DNA of 64,000 nt, taken from assembly GCA_934270565.1 (NCBI GenBank), contig CAKQPR010000005.1, positions 20,249-84,248 of the forward strand, written 5' to 3'. Origin of the DNA: an uncultured Clostridia bacterium (GTDB lineage: Bacteria; Bacillota; Clostridia; Christensenellales; Pumilibacteraceae). Below the pieces are notes generated by a model. That model was given only the letters and a program-made list of their open reading frames with translations. It did not search any database and was not told where the DNA came from. How positions within the stretch are numbered: position 1 is the first letter of the stretch; every line of letters starts with the position of its first letter. Of this stretch, positions 35,104 through 44,063 are shown piece after piece. Both the position numbers and the translations under genes were made by a program.

Positions 35104-36995
35104 TGCCTCCTAAGAATATGAAATTCGGTAAGCCGAAAAATACGGGAAAGACGATCAAACGCTTGCTCGGTTATATGGGCAGATACAAATTCGCGCTCAT
35201 CGCCGTTGCGCTTATGATCGGTTGCGCGTCGCTCGTTTCGATCGCGAGCACATATTTCGCTTCCGTTCTGATCGACACCTATATAAAACCGAACGAAGGG
35301 TTAAACAACTGGGCGGAAGTCTATCCCGTACTCCTTAAAGTCGTAATAGTAATAGGCGCGGTGTTCCTTTCCGGCGCGTTGCTTACCTACGTTTATAACC
35401 GCATAATGACGCATATCGGAACGCGAACGCTTAAGCGCCTTCGCGACGATATGTTCACCCATATGCAAACCTTGCCGATCTCGTACTTCGATACGCACAC
35501 TCACGGCGAGCTTATGTCGCGCTACACAAACGACGTGGACGTTGTTCGCGAAATGCTGAGCGGAACGTTTACGCAACTTATATCGTCGGTGTTCAATATC
35601 GTCGGCGTGCTCGTCGCGATGATAATGCTTTCGCCGATACTCACGCTCATAATCGTGGGCACGATGGTGCTGATAATGTTCTTTATCCGCGTCCTCATGT
35701 CGAAGAGCGGAGCGAACTTCCGCCGTCAGCAAAAAGCGGTGGGCGACGTAAACGGCTATATCGAAGAAATGATAGACGGGCAGAGAGTCGTAAAAGTATT
35801 CTGCCACGAACCCGTCGTAAAGCAAGAGTTCGGCGTTCTTAACGAAGAACTTCGGCAGGCTTCGTGCGCGGCGAACACTTACGCGAATATTCTGATGCCG
35901 ATCATGGGCAACCTTTCGCATATCATTTACGCGATTATCGCGATCGTCGGGTCGGTGCTTATCATCGCGGGTAAAGTTACGATGGGCGTAGGCGCGCTCG
36001 TTTCTTTCCTGCTGTATATCCGTCAGTTCTTTAACCCGATTACGCAGGTTTCGCAACAAATGAACTCGATTCTGTCGGGCTTGGCGGGTGCAGAACGCAT
36101 TTTCGATATGCTTGACGAAAAGAGCGAAGCGGACGAAGGTTACGTCGAGCTCGTCAACGCAGAGATCGACGAGAACGGAAATATAACCGAAACGACCGAA
36201 AAAACGGGTTGCTGGGCATGGAAGCACCCTCACGGCGACGGAACGACGACTTATACGCGGCTTGAAGGCAAAGTAGAGCTTGAAAACGTAACTTTCGGAT
36301 ACGTTCCCGAAAAGATCGTGCTCAAAGATCTGTCGCTGTACGCAAAAGCCGGACAGAAGATAGCTTTCGTAGGCTCGACCGGCGCGGGCAAAACGACGAT
36401 AACGAACCTTATAAACCGTTTCTATGATATTCAGTCCGGTAAAATCCGTTACGACGGAATAAACATTACGAAAATTAAGAAGGACGATCTTCGCCGCTCG
36501 CTCGGCACAGTTCTTCAGGATACGCATCTGTTTACCGGTACAGTGAGGGATAACGTTCGGTACGGACGGCTCGACGCGACCGACGAGGAAGTCGAAGCGG
36601 CTTGCAGGATAGCCAACGCCGACACGTTTATAAGGCATCTTCCCAACGGCTACGACACGATGCTTACGAGCGACGGAGCGAACCTCAGTCAGGGGCAACG
36701 TCAGCTTCTTTCCATCGCCCGCGCCGCCGTCGCCGACCCGCCGGTGCTCGTTCTCGACGAAGCGACGAGCTCGATCGATACCCGCACCGAAGCGCTGATC
36801 GAAAAGGGAATGGACGCGCTTATGAACGGCAGAACGGTTTTCGTAATCGCGCACAGGCTTTCGACCGTCCGCAATTCAAACGCCATTATGGTGCTCGAAC
36901 ACGGCGAAATTATCGAGCGCGGCAGCCATGACGATCTTATGAAGCTCAAAGGCAGATATTACAAACTTTATACCGGAATGTTCGAGCTTAGCTGA
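35103..36995 (+). CDS. ABC exporter permease/ATPase, subunit with a canonical catalytic site
   Basis: Walker A GSTGAGKTT, Walker B VLVLDEATS, H-loop VIAHR, but a deviant signature LSQGQRQ. Start overlaps the stop of the partner gene. Confidence 0.9.
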   Translation: MPPKNMKFGKPKNTGKTIKRLLGYMGRYKFALIAVALMIGCASLVSIASTYFASVLIDTYIKPNEGLNNWAEVYPVLLKVVIVIGAVFLSGALLTYVYNRIMTHIGTRTLKRLRDDMFTHMQTLPISYFDTHTHGELMSRYTNDVDVVREMLSGTFTQLISSVFNIVGVLVAMIMLSPILTLIIVGTMVLIMFFIRVLMSKSGANFRRQQKAVGDVNGYIEEMIDGQRVVKVFCHEPVVKQEFGVLNEELRQASCAANTYANILMPIMGNLSHIIYAIIAIVGSVLIIAGKVTMGVGALVSFLLYIRQFFNPITQVSQQMNSILSGLAGAERIFDMLDEKSEADEGYVELVNAEIDENGNITETTEKTGCWAWKHPHGDGTTTYTRLEGKVELENVTFGYVPEKIVLKDLSLYAKAGQKIAFVGSTGAGKTTITNLINRFYDIQSGKIRYDGINITKIKKDDLRRSLGTVLQDTHLFTGTVRDNVRYGRLDATDEEVEAACRIANADTFIRHLPNGYDTMLTSDGANLSQGQRQLLSIARAAVADPPVLVLDEATSSIDTRTEALIEKGMDALMNGRTVFVIAHRLSTVRNSNAIMVLEHGEIIERGSHDDLMKLKGRYYKLYTGMFELS

Positions 36996-37042
36996 TATTA
37001 TCGCAAGAAAGCAAAAATATTTCAAAATACGGGCAAAAACCG

Positions 37043-37071
37043 TTGACAAACAACGCCTTTTTCCGTATAAT
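37043..37071 (+). promoter_or_regulatory. Consensus sigma-A promoter of rpmF: TTGACA-17-TATAAT
   Basis: TTGACA 37043-37048, TATAAT 37066-37071. Confidence 0.65.
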
Positions 37072-37117
37072 AGTATAGCATTGAATTTCGGAAAAACGAT
37101 TTAGGAGGAGCACATCA

Positions 37118-37306
37118 ATGGCAGTTCCAAAGCATAAAGTATCCAAGCAGGCAGGCAATTCCAGATACGCAAACTGGAAGATCGAGAGCCCCGAAGTAGG
37201 CGAGTGTCCGCAGTGTCATTCCCCAAAGCTTGCTCACAGAGCGTGCAAGACTTGCGGATATTATGATAAGACCAGAAGCGTAGAAGTTAAGCAAGACAAA
37301 GAATAG
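37118..37306 (+). CDS. rpmF: 50S ribosomal protein L32
   Basis: MAVPKHKVSK... with a CxxC...CxxC zinc ribbon. 62 aa. Confidence 0.97.
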   Translation: MAVPKHKVSKQAGNSRYANWKIESPEVGECPQCHSPKLAHRACKTCGYYDKTRSVEVKQDKE

Positions 37307-37319
37307 TTTTTTATGGACT

Positions 37320-37358
37320 TAATCAACCCCGCAATACTACGGGGTTGATTTTTGTTTT
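37320..37358 (+). terminator. Intrinsic terminator after rpmF, immediately before the plsX RBS
   Basis: Perfect 10-11 bp stem ATCAACCCCG / CGGGGTTGAT, 8-nt loop, then TTTTTGTTTTT. Confidence 0.8.
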
Positions 37359-37369
37359 TCGGAGGTATC

Positions 37370-38413
37370 ATGGTAAAAATTGCAGTTGACGCGTTCGGCG
37401 CGGATAAAGGCGTAGGCGTCGTTGTTGAAGGCGCGGTGAAATCGCTCGACGTATACGAAAACGTAACCGTCGTGATTGTCGGCGATAAAGAGGAGATCGA
37501 CACCGAACTCAACAAGTTTTCATACGATAAATTGCGTATCGAAGTAGTGGACGCGAAAGAAAAAGTAACTAATAACGAGTCGCCCACGGTCGCAATCCGC
37601 GCTAAAAAGGACTCGTCGCTTGTCCGCGCGCTTGAAATAACCAAAAACGATCCCGAAGTCGTCGGTATGGTTTCGGCGGGCTCGACCGGTGCGGTTCTTA
37701 CCGGAGGAATATTTAAAATAGGCAGAATCAAAGGCGTTCTTCGTCCGGCGCTTTGCCCGTTGCTTCCCACGTTCGACGGCGGCAAAGTTTGTATCGTGGA
37801 CTGCGGCGCAAACATGGACTGCAAGCCCGAATACCTCGCGCAGTTCGCGCTTATGGGCAGCGAATATATGAAGTCGATAGGCGTCGAAAATCCGCGTGTC
37901 GCGCTCGTCAGCGTCGGCGACGAGGACAAAAAGGGCAACGAACTTACGCACGCCGCGTTCGGAATTCTTAAAAAGCTCCCGATCAATTTCGTGGGCAATA
38001 TGGAAGCGCGTTACGCCCTGAGCGGAAAATACGACGTACTCGTAACAGACGGCTTTGTCGGAAACGTTCTGCTTAAATCGGTAGAGGGTACGGCGATGGG
38101 CGTTATGAAAATGCTGAAAAACGAAATCAAATCGTCTTTTACGGCTAAAATCGGCGCGCTTTTCATGAAGAAGGGGCTTATGAATATCAAGAGCTCGATG
38201 GATTATCACGCGGTCGGCGGCGCGGCGTTCCTCGGTATCGAAAAAGTGCTCGTCAAAGGGCACGGCTCGTCGAACGCAAAGTCGATTTGCGCGGCTATAG
38301 GGCAGGTTGTGTCGATGGCAAGCCTCGGTTACGTCGATCGGATCAAGAAGATCATAGGCGAGAACGACGTTCGCGCGTTTTTAGCCGAAACGGAGCAGTC
38401 GGGCAATGTCTGA
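37370..38413 (+). CDS. plsX: Phosphate acyltransferase PlsX
   Basis: MVKIAVDAFGADKG... and GFVGNVLLK. Start trimmed to the ATG at 37370, which is preceded by GGAGG. Confidence 0.94.
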   Translation: MVKIAVDAFGADKGVGVVVEGAVKSLDVYENVTVVIVGDKEEIDTELNKFSYDKLRIEVVDAKEKVTNNESPTVAIRAKKDSSLVRALEITKNDPEVVGMVSAGSTGAVLTGGIFKIGRIKGVLRPALCPLLPTFDGGKVCIVDCGANMDCKPEYLAQFALMGSEYMKSIGVENPRVALVSVGDEDKKGNELTHAAFGILKKLPINFVGNMEARYALSGKYDVLVTDGFVGNVLLKSVEGTAMGVMKMLKNEIKSSFTAKIGALFMKKGLMNIKSSMDYHAVGGAAFLGIEKVLVKGHGSSNAKSICAAIGQVVSMASLGYVDRIKKIIGENDVRAFLAETEQSGNV

Positions 38414-39071
38414 AAAAGAAATCGACGCTGTCGAAAATCTGATCGGCTATAAGTTTTCGGACAAAAACCTTCTGATTTCCGCGCTAACGCACCAAAGTTA
38501 CGTAAACGAGCACGGCGCGAAAGAATCGAATTATCAAAGGCTTGAATTCCTCGGCGACGCGATCCTCGATTTCGTCGTGGCCGAAATGCTTTACTTTACT
38601 TCGTCCGACGACGCGGGGAAAATGACCCGCGACCGCATAAAGGTGGTTTCGCGCGAGCCGCTCGCCCGCGCGGTCGAAAGACTTAATCTGCTCGATTACG
38701 TCAGAGTCGGAAGGGGCGCGAAGGAAGAAGCTTTCAGAATGGATAAACCGAAGTCCGACCTTTTCGAGTCGGTGCTTGCGGCGATCTATATCGATTCCAA
38801 GAAAAATATCGACGCGGCGCGAAAATTCATTCAGTCGAACCTCACGCTCGACGTTACGACCGGAGACGCGAAATCGCGGCTTCAGGAATATATCCAGAAG
38901 AATATGCACGGCGTTCTGCCCGTGTATGAAACCGCTGCCGCGGACGGACGAAATGCGTTTGTTTCCGAAGTTTTCGTCGGAAACGATAGAAAGGGAAGCG
39001 GCGAAGGTCGGACGAAGAAAGAAGCCGAACGCGAAGCGGCAAAGGCTGCGCTTAAAGCTTACGGCATCTGA
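38406..39071 (+). CDS. rnc: Ribonuclease III
   Basis: Signature NYQRLEFLGDAILD and a C-terminal dsRBD (GSGEGRTKKEAEREAAKAAL). Confidence 0.96.
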   Translation: MSEKEIDAVENLIGYKFSDKNLLISALTHQSYVNEHGAKESNYQRLEFLGDAILDFVVAEMLYFTSSDDAGKMTRDRIKVVSREPLARAVERLNLLDYVRVGRGAKEEAFRMDKPKSDLFESVLAAIYIDSKKNIDAARKFIQSNLTLDVTTGDAKSRLQEYIQKNMHGVLPVYETAAADGRNAFVSEVFVGNDRKGSGEGRTKKEAEREAAKAALKAYGI

Positions 39072-39144
39072 TATTATCGCTTTACAAACGAGACGGAAAG
39101 TGCTATAATTATAAGACACGCATACTCTGTTTAAGGAGCTCAAC

Positions 39145-42100
39145 TTGAAATTCAAAAGGATAGAATTATACGGGTTCAAATCGTTCGCGGACAAGCACGA
39201 AATCCCGTTCGGAGACGGCATTACCGCGATAGTCGGACCTAACGGTTGCGGAAAAAGCAACGTTGCGGATGCGATTCGCTGGGTTCTCGGCGAGCAGTCG
39301 GCAAAACTTCTGCGCGGAAGTTCGATGCAGGACGTCATATTCAACGGAACGGAAAAACGCAAATCGATGTCGTATTGCGAGGTTTCGCTTGTTTTCGACA
39401 ACCGCGAAAAACTTTTTCCCTCGCTTGAGTACGACGAGGTAGTCGTTTCGCGTAAGCTTTATCGGAGCGGCGAAAGCGAATACCTTCTCAACCGCGTTCC
39501 GTGCCGGCTTAAAGATATAGTCGAAATCCTTCGCGACGGAAACATGGGCAGAGAGGGATATTCGATTATCGGACAGGGCAGAATCGACGAACTTCTGTCC
39601 GCCAAGCCCGAGGATCGCCGCCAGATTTTCGAGGAAGCCGCGGGAATTTCCAAGTTCAAAGCGAGAAAAGTGGACGCCGAAAGAAAACTCGGCAGAACGC
39701 GCGAAAACCTTACCCGAATAATAGATATTCTCGACGAAAAGAACAAACAGCTCGAGCCGCTGAGACGTCAGGCGGAAACCGCAAAAAAATGGCTTGAAAT
39801 GCGCGACAGTCTTCGTCACCACGAAATAAATACCTACATTCATCAGTACGACACCGCTGCGGAAGCAAAAGCGGTGATAAATACTCGGCTTAACGGAATA
39901 ACCGAAGGAATCGAGCTGAAACAACAGGCTTACGACGGGGCGGTTGCTTCGTATAACGAGTCGATGTACGAGCTCAATTCCATAGACAAAAAGATCAATG
40001 CGCTTCGCGAGGAACTTCTGTCGCTTACCGTCGGAATGGAAAAAGAAGCGGGCGATATGAACGTTCTCAAAGAACGTCTTTCGGCGCATTTTGAGCGCAT
40101 AAAGCGCCTGCGCGACGAAAACGACGAACTTGCAGCACAGTCCGATTCGGCAAAGAAGAAAGCCGAGGAATTGAAAGTTGACCGCGCCGCAAAAGTCGAA
40201 GAGCTTGCCGCGGCACGCGCGCTCGTGGACGAATTCAGACAAAAATATCAGGCGGTAGTCGAGAAGATTTCGAAGGGCGAAACCGACGCCGAAACGAACA
40301 AGCGCACGCTTCTCGAGGCAATGGACAAGCTTGCCGATATCAAGGCGAATATGTCTCGGCTTGTGGCGGAAAGAAACGCGTTGTCCGTATCGATCGAGGA
40401 GTCGGGCAGAAGGCTCGAAAGCCTTTCCGTTCAGCTCGAAAAGGATAAAACCGAACTCGAAACGACGATTGCGACGCTCGTCGAAAACGCCGGAAGAAAA
40501 ACCGCGCTCGGCGAGAAGTTGCAGGCACTGTACCTGCGCAACAACGAGCTTAACGCGCTCGCTTCCGATACCACCGACAAAATCGACAAACTCAACGAAA
40601 AGTATTACACCGCGCAGTCCCGCCGCAAAATGCTCAAGGAGCTTCAGCAGGCATACGACGGTTTCGCGTTCAGTATTCGTAACCTGATGAACGACGCGCG
40701 CAAAAACCCCGAGCTTAATTCGAAAATCGAGGGTCTTGTGGCTCAGATAGTTTCGATGGACGCGAAGTTCGAAACGGCTATCGAGACGGCGCTCGGAAGC
40801 GCAATGCAGAATATCGTCACCAAGACCGAGGACGACGCGAAATACATAATCGAGTATCTCAAAAAGATGCGTTACGGTCGCGTAACCTTCCTTCCGATGA
40901 CTTCGATCAAGCCGCGTTCGATCGACAGCCGCCACCTCGGCGCGCTCAATATCAACGGTTGTTACGGCGTGGCTTCCGATCTCGTAAAATATGACGATAA
41001 ATTCGACGGAATAATCCGCGGTTTGCTCGGCGGAACAGTCATCGTAAGCAACCTCGACGTTGCAGTCGCGCTTGCGCGCAGAACGGGGTACGCGTTTAAG
41101 ATCGTTACGCTCGAGGGCGACGTAATCAATCCTTCGGGATCGATTACCGGCGGCAGTAAAAAGAACGATATCGCCAACATTTTCAGCCACGAACGCGAGC
41201 TTAAAGAACTTGACGAAATCGTCGCGAAACTTTCGGGAGAACTCGAAACGCTCAATAAGCGCAAGGACAAATGCGCCGAGGAGCTCGAACAGGTTCAGAA
41301 TGATATAAAGGATATTCAGCAGGAAATTCACCTGACGGACGTCGATATAGCCGCAAAGTCGGAAACACGAAACAAGCTTCGCACGGACGTAGACGACGAA
41401 GAGCGCGAGTTTGCCGAGCTTTCCGCAGATCTCGATCGCGACAAAACGAGGGTGGAAGAAATAAGCGCCGATATCGACAGCGTGTCCGAACTCGAAGCGC
41501 TTATTACGAGTAAGAAACAAAGCGTCACCGAGGACGACGAGACCGTTCGCCACGCTTACGACGAACTCAAAGCCGAACGCGACGGTATTCAGGAACGGCT
41601 TACCGCCGCCCGCGTGACCGAAACGGAAGCGGACAACGCGGTAAAGAGTATCGACGCGGAAATCGAAAGGCTTGTTTCCGAAACGGTTGTGTTTGCGGGC
41701 AAAATCGACGCGAATGCTGAGGAAATCGGCGACAACGAAGCTCAGATCAAGACGATCGAGTCGAGTATGTCCTCCGAAGAGCGTCGCGACCGTATCGAGG
41801 ACGAGCGCAGAATCAAAGAGGTTCGGGCAAAGCTCGATCATCTCGACGAATACAAAACCGAGCTTCAGAACACGGTCGCTACCGTTGACAAGAACAGAAT
41901 CGACCTTATGAACGAGCTTCAGACTTTACGCGAAAAGAAAGCGCGCGAAGAAATGCTGTTGCTTAAAGTCGATACCGATATCGAGCAGATGGAACAGCGT
42001 ATTGCCGAAGAATATCGGCTCGGGTACAACGAGTGCCTCGAATTCAAGGAAGAGGGGTACAACGCAGAAGAGGGTATCAAAGAGGCGGCTCGCCTCAAAC

Positions 42101-42735
42101 GCGCCATGAACGCGCTCGGAAACGTAAACGTGGACGCTATCGAAATGTCCAAGACCGTTGCCGCGGAATTCGACGAAATGAATGCGCAGAAGGAAGACCT
42201 CGAAAAAGCGGAAGCCGACCTTCTCAAGATAATAAAGGAGCTTTCCGACGAAATGCTCGCGCGTTTCAGCGGACAGTTCGAGCAGATCAGAACAAACTTC
42301 GTCAAGATTTTCAAAGAGCTTTTCAACGGAGGAAACGCCGATCTCGAGCTTCTCGACAGCGAAAATCCGCTCGAAGCGGGTATCGAAATCAAAGCTCAAC
42401 CGCCCGAAAAGAAACTTCAGTCGATCTCGCTTCTTTCCGGCGGAGAAAAGGCGCTTACCGCGATTGCGATACTGTTCGCGATCCTTCGCCTTAAACCCAT
42501 GCCGTTCTGCCTTCTCGACGAAATCGAGGCGGCTCTCGACGACGCGAACGCGAACCGCTTTGCCAAATACCTTCGCAGATTCAGCGAAAACACGCAGTTT
42601 ATCGTCATCACTCACCGTAAGCCGACCATGGAGCTCGCCGACAACCTTTACGGCGTTACGATGGAAGAAAAGGGCGTTAGCCGTATAGTTTCGGTCAAAC
42701 TCGAGGACGCCGTAAGCGTTGCCGAAAAAGCGTAA
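39145..42735 (+). CDS. smc: Chromosome segregation protein SMC
   Basis: Walker A GPNGCGKSNV, long coiled coils, hinge, LSGGEKALTA signature, Walker B FCLLDEIEAALD. TTG start. 1196 aa. Confidence 0.97.
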   Translation: MKFKRIELYGFKSFADKHEIPFGDGITAIVGPNGCGKSNVADAIRWVLGEQSAKLLRGSSMQDVIFNGTEKRKSMSYCEVSLVFDNREKLFPSLEYDEVVVSRKLYRSGESEYLLNRVPCRLKDIVEILRDGNMGREGYSIIGQGRIDELLSAKPEDRRQIFEEAAGISKFKARKVDAERKLGRTRENLTRIIDILDEKNKQLEPLRRQAETAKKWLEMRDSLRHHEINTYIHQYDTAAEAKAVINTRLNGITEGIELKQQAYDGAVASYNESMYELNSIDKKINALREELLSLTVGMEKEAGDMNVLKERLSAHFERIKRLRDENDELAAQSDSAKKKAEELKVDRAAKVEELAAARALVDEFRQKYQAVVEKISKGETDAETNKRTLLEAMDKLADIKANMSRLVAERNALSVSIEESGRRLESLSVQLEKDKTELETTIATLVENAGRKTALGEKLQALYLRNNELNALASDTTDKIDKLNEKYYTAQSRRKMLKELQQAYDGFAFSIRNLMNDARKNPELNSKIEGLVAQIVSMDAKFETAIETALGSAMQNIVTKTEDDAKYIIEYLKKMRYGRVTFLPMTSIKPRSIDSRHLGALNINGCYGVASDLVKYDDKFDGIIRGLLGGTVIVSNLDVAVALARRTGYAFKIVTLEGDVINPSGSITGGSKKNDIANIFSHERELKELDEIVAKLSGELETLNKRKDKCAEELEQVQNDIKDIQQEIHLTDVDIAAKSETRNKLRTDVDDEEREFAELSADLDRDKTRVEEISADIDSVSELEALITSKKQSVTEDDETVRHAYDELKAERDGIQERLTAARVTETEADNAVKSIDAEIERLVSETVVFAGKIDANAEEIGDNEAQIKTIESSMSSEERRDRIEDERRIKEVRAKLDHLDEYKTELQNTVATVDKNRIDLMNELQTLREKKAREEMLLLKVDTDIEQMEQRIAEEYRLGYNECLEFKEEGYNAEEGIKEAARLKRAMNALGNVNVDAIEMSKTVAAEFDEMNAQKEDLEKAEADLLKIIKELSDEMLARFSGQFEQIRTNFVKIFKELFNGGNADLELLDSENPLEAGIEIKAQPPEKKLQSISLLSGGEKALTAIAILFAILRLKPMPFCLLDEIEAALDDANANRFAKYLRRFSENTQFIVITHRKPTMELADNLYGVTMEEKGVSRIVSVKLEDAVSVAEKA

Positions 42736-42744
42736 GGAGGAGTT

Positions 42745-43644
42745 ATGGGCTTTTTCTCGAAGATTAAAGAGGGTCTGAAAAAGACGAAAGAAGTTCTGTC
42801 GTATAAACTCAACAAGCTTTTTACCGGCGGAGTGATGAACGACGACTTCTATGACGAGCTCGAATATATTTTGCTGTCGTCCGACGTCGGAGCGGCTACG
42901 ACCGAGCGTATTCTGGAAGAACTTCGCGACGCGGTGGACGAAAAACTTATCCGAGACAGAGCGAAAGCTAAGGACGAGCTTAAACGGCTTCTTGTCGAAA
43001 TTCTCACCGAGCCCGAAATTCCCGAATACGAATATCCGCTCGTCATAATGGTTTCGGGCGTGAACGGAGTCGGAAAAACGACCGCGATGGGAAAGCTTGC
43101 CAAGAAATTCAAAAACGAAGGGCATAACGTTTTGCTCGTTGCCGCAGATACTTTCCGCGCCGCCGCCGCAGATCAGCTCACCGTCTGGTCGGAACGCGCG
43201 GGCGTCAGGATCGTAAAACAATCGGAAGGCGCCGATCCGGCTTCGGTCGTGTTCGACGCGCTCACCAGCGCAAAGGCAAAGAACAACGACGTTATTCTGA
43301 TCGATACCGCAGGAAGACTTCACAACAAGAAAAATCTTATGGACGAGCTCGGCAAAATTTCGCGCGTCGTTGTCCGCGAAATGCCGGACGCGTTGTACCT
43401 TAATTATATCGTTCTCGACGCCACAACGGGGCAGAACGCGCTTTCGCAGGTGGACGTGTTCAACGAGGTCGTGGATATCGACGGCATTATTCTCACGAAG
43501 CTCGACGGAACGGCTAAAGGCGGCGTTGTCTTTGCGATTACGAACGAGCTCGAAGTTCCCGTCGTATACGTCGGAGTGGGCGAGGGGATAGACGATCTCG
43601 AACCGTTCGATCCCGAATCGTTCGTTGACGAAATTCTTGCGTAA
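42745..43644 (+). CDS. ftsY: Signal recognition particle receptor FtsY (NG domain only)
   Basis: GVNGVGKTT, DTAGRLH, TKLDGTAKGG. Confidence 0.96.
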   Translation: MGFFSKIKEGLKKTKEVLSYKLNKLFTGGVMNDDFYDELEYILLSSDVGAATTERILEELRDAVDEKLIRDRAKAKDELKRLLVEILTEPEIPEYEYPLVIMVSGVNGVGKTTAMGKLAKKFKNEGHNVLLVAADTFRAAAADQLTVWSERAGVRIVKQSEGADPASVVFDALTSAKAKNNDVILIDTAGRLHNKKNLMDELGKISRVVVREMPDALYLNYIVLDATTGQNALSQVDVFNEVVDIDGIILTKLDGTAKGGVVFAITNELEVPVVYVGVGEGIDDLEPFDPESFVDEILA

Positions 43645-43650
43645 AAACGC

Positions 43651-43679
43651 TTGACAGAAGCGAATAATTATGTTATTAT
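43651..43679 (+). promoter_or_regulatory. Candidate ylxM-ffh promoter TTGACA-17-(TGt)TATTAT
   Basis: TTGACA 43651-43656, TATTAT 43674-43679 with an upstream TG. Confidence 0.5.
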
Positions 43680-43681
43680 GT

Positions 43682-43716
43682 AGGTGTAAAGTATTTTTGC
43701 TTTACACCTTTATTTT
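43682..43716 (+). terminator. Terminator-like hairpin after ftsY, in the ylxM leader
   Basis: Perfect 10-bp stem AGGTGTAAAG / CTTTACACCT, 8-nt loop, then TTATTTT. Confidence 0.55.
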
Positions 43717-43730
43717 CGGAGACGAGCGAA

Positions 43731-44063
43731 TTGCAGAAAGACCTTGAAATCGTAGAGCTTAAGGACGTATACGGCGCGCTTCTGACGGAGCGGCAACGCG
43801 AAATACTCACGAGTTACTTCGATTACGATCTGTCGTTGTCCGAAATCGCCGAAAACGTCGGAGTTACGCGGCAGGCGGTGCGTGACGTGATAGTCCGCGC
43901 GGGCGAACAGCTTCGCGGATACGAAAACGCTCTAGGCATTGTTCGCGGAAGAAACGAAACGCAGGCTCGGTTAAGCCGTGCGCTCGGACTTATGAACGAA
44001 AACGAACTTGGCGAAGCAAAGAAGGTTGTAGCGGACTTACTCGACTATATGCAGGAGATCTGA
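43731..44063 (+). CDS. ylxM: YlxM/UPF0122 putative HTH protein upstream of ffh
   Basis: LTERQREILTSYFDYDLSLSEIAENVGVTRQAVRD (sigma-70 region-4-like HTH). TTG start. Conserved position before ffh. Confidence 0.85.
   Translation: MQKDLEIVELKDVYGALLTERQREILTSYFDYDLSLSEIAENVGVTRQAVRDVIVRAGEQLRGYENALGIVRGRNETQARLSRALGLMNENELGEAKKVVADLLDYMQEI

Noticed and set aside
39166-41841. 891-codon ORF antisense to smc. Similar giants lie at 41926-43323 (antisense to smc/ftsY), 5211-6833 (rny), 3719-4828 (recA), 7792-9123 (dehydratase-like gene), 26844-28418 (hslU/hisS), 35301-36854 (ABC exporter) and 56407-58374 (pheT).
   Set aside because: All of them are codon-aligned with the sense gene: the minus-strand codons share the sense codon boundaries. 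An antisense stop therefore requires a sense TTA, CTA or TCA codon. These genes almost never use those codons; Leu is CTT/CTC/CTG/TTG and Ser is mostly TCG/AGC/TCC. The predicted proteins are low-complexity and Arg/Phe-rich, with no RBS or motif. They are shadow ORFs caused by codon bias.
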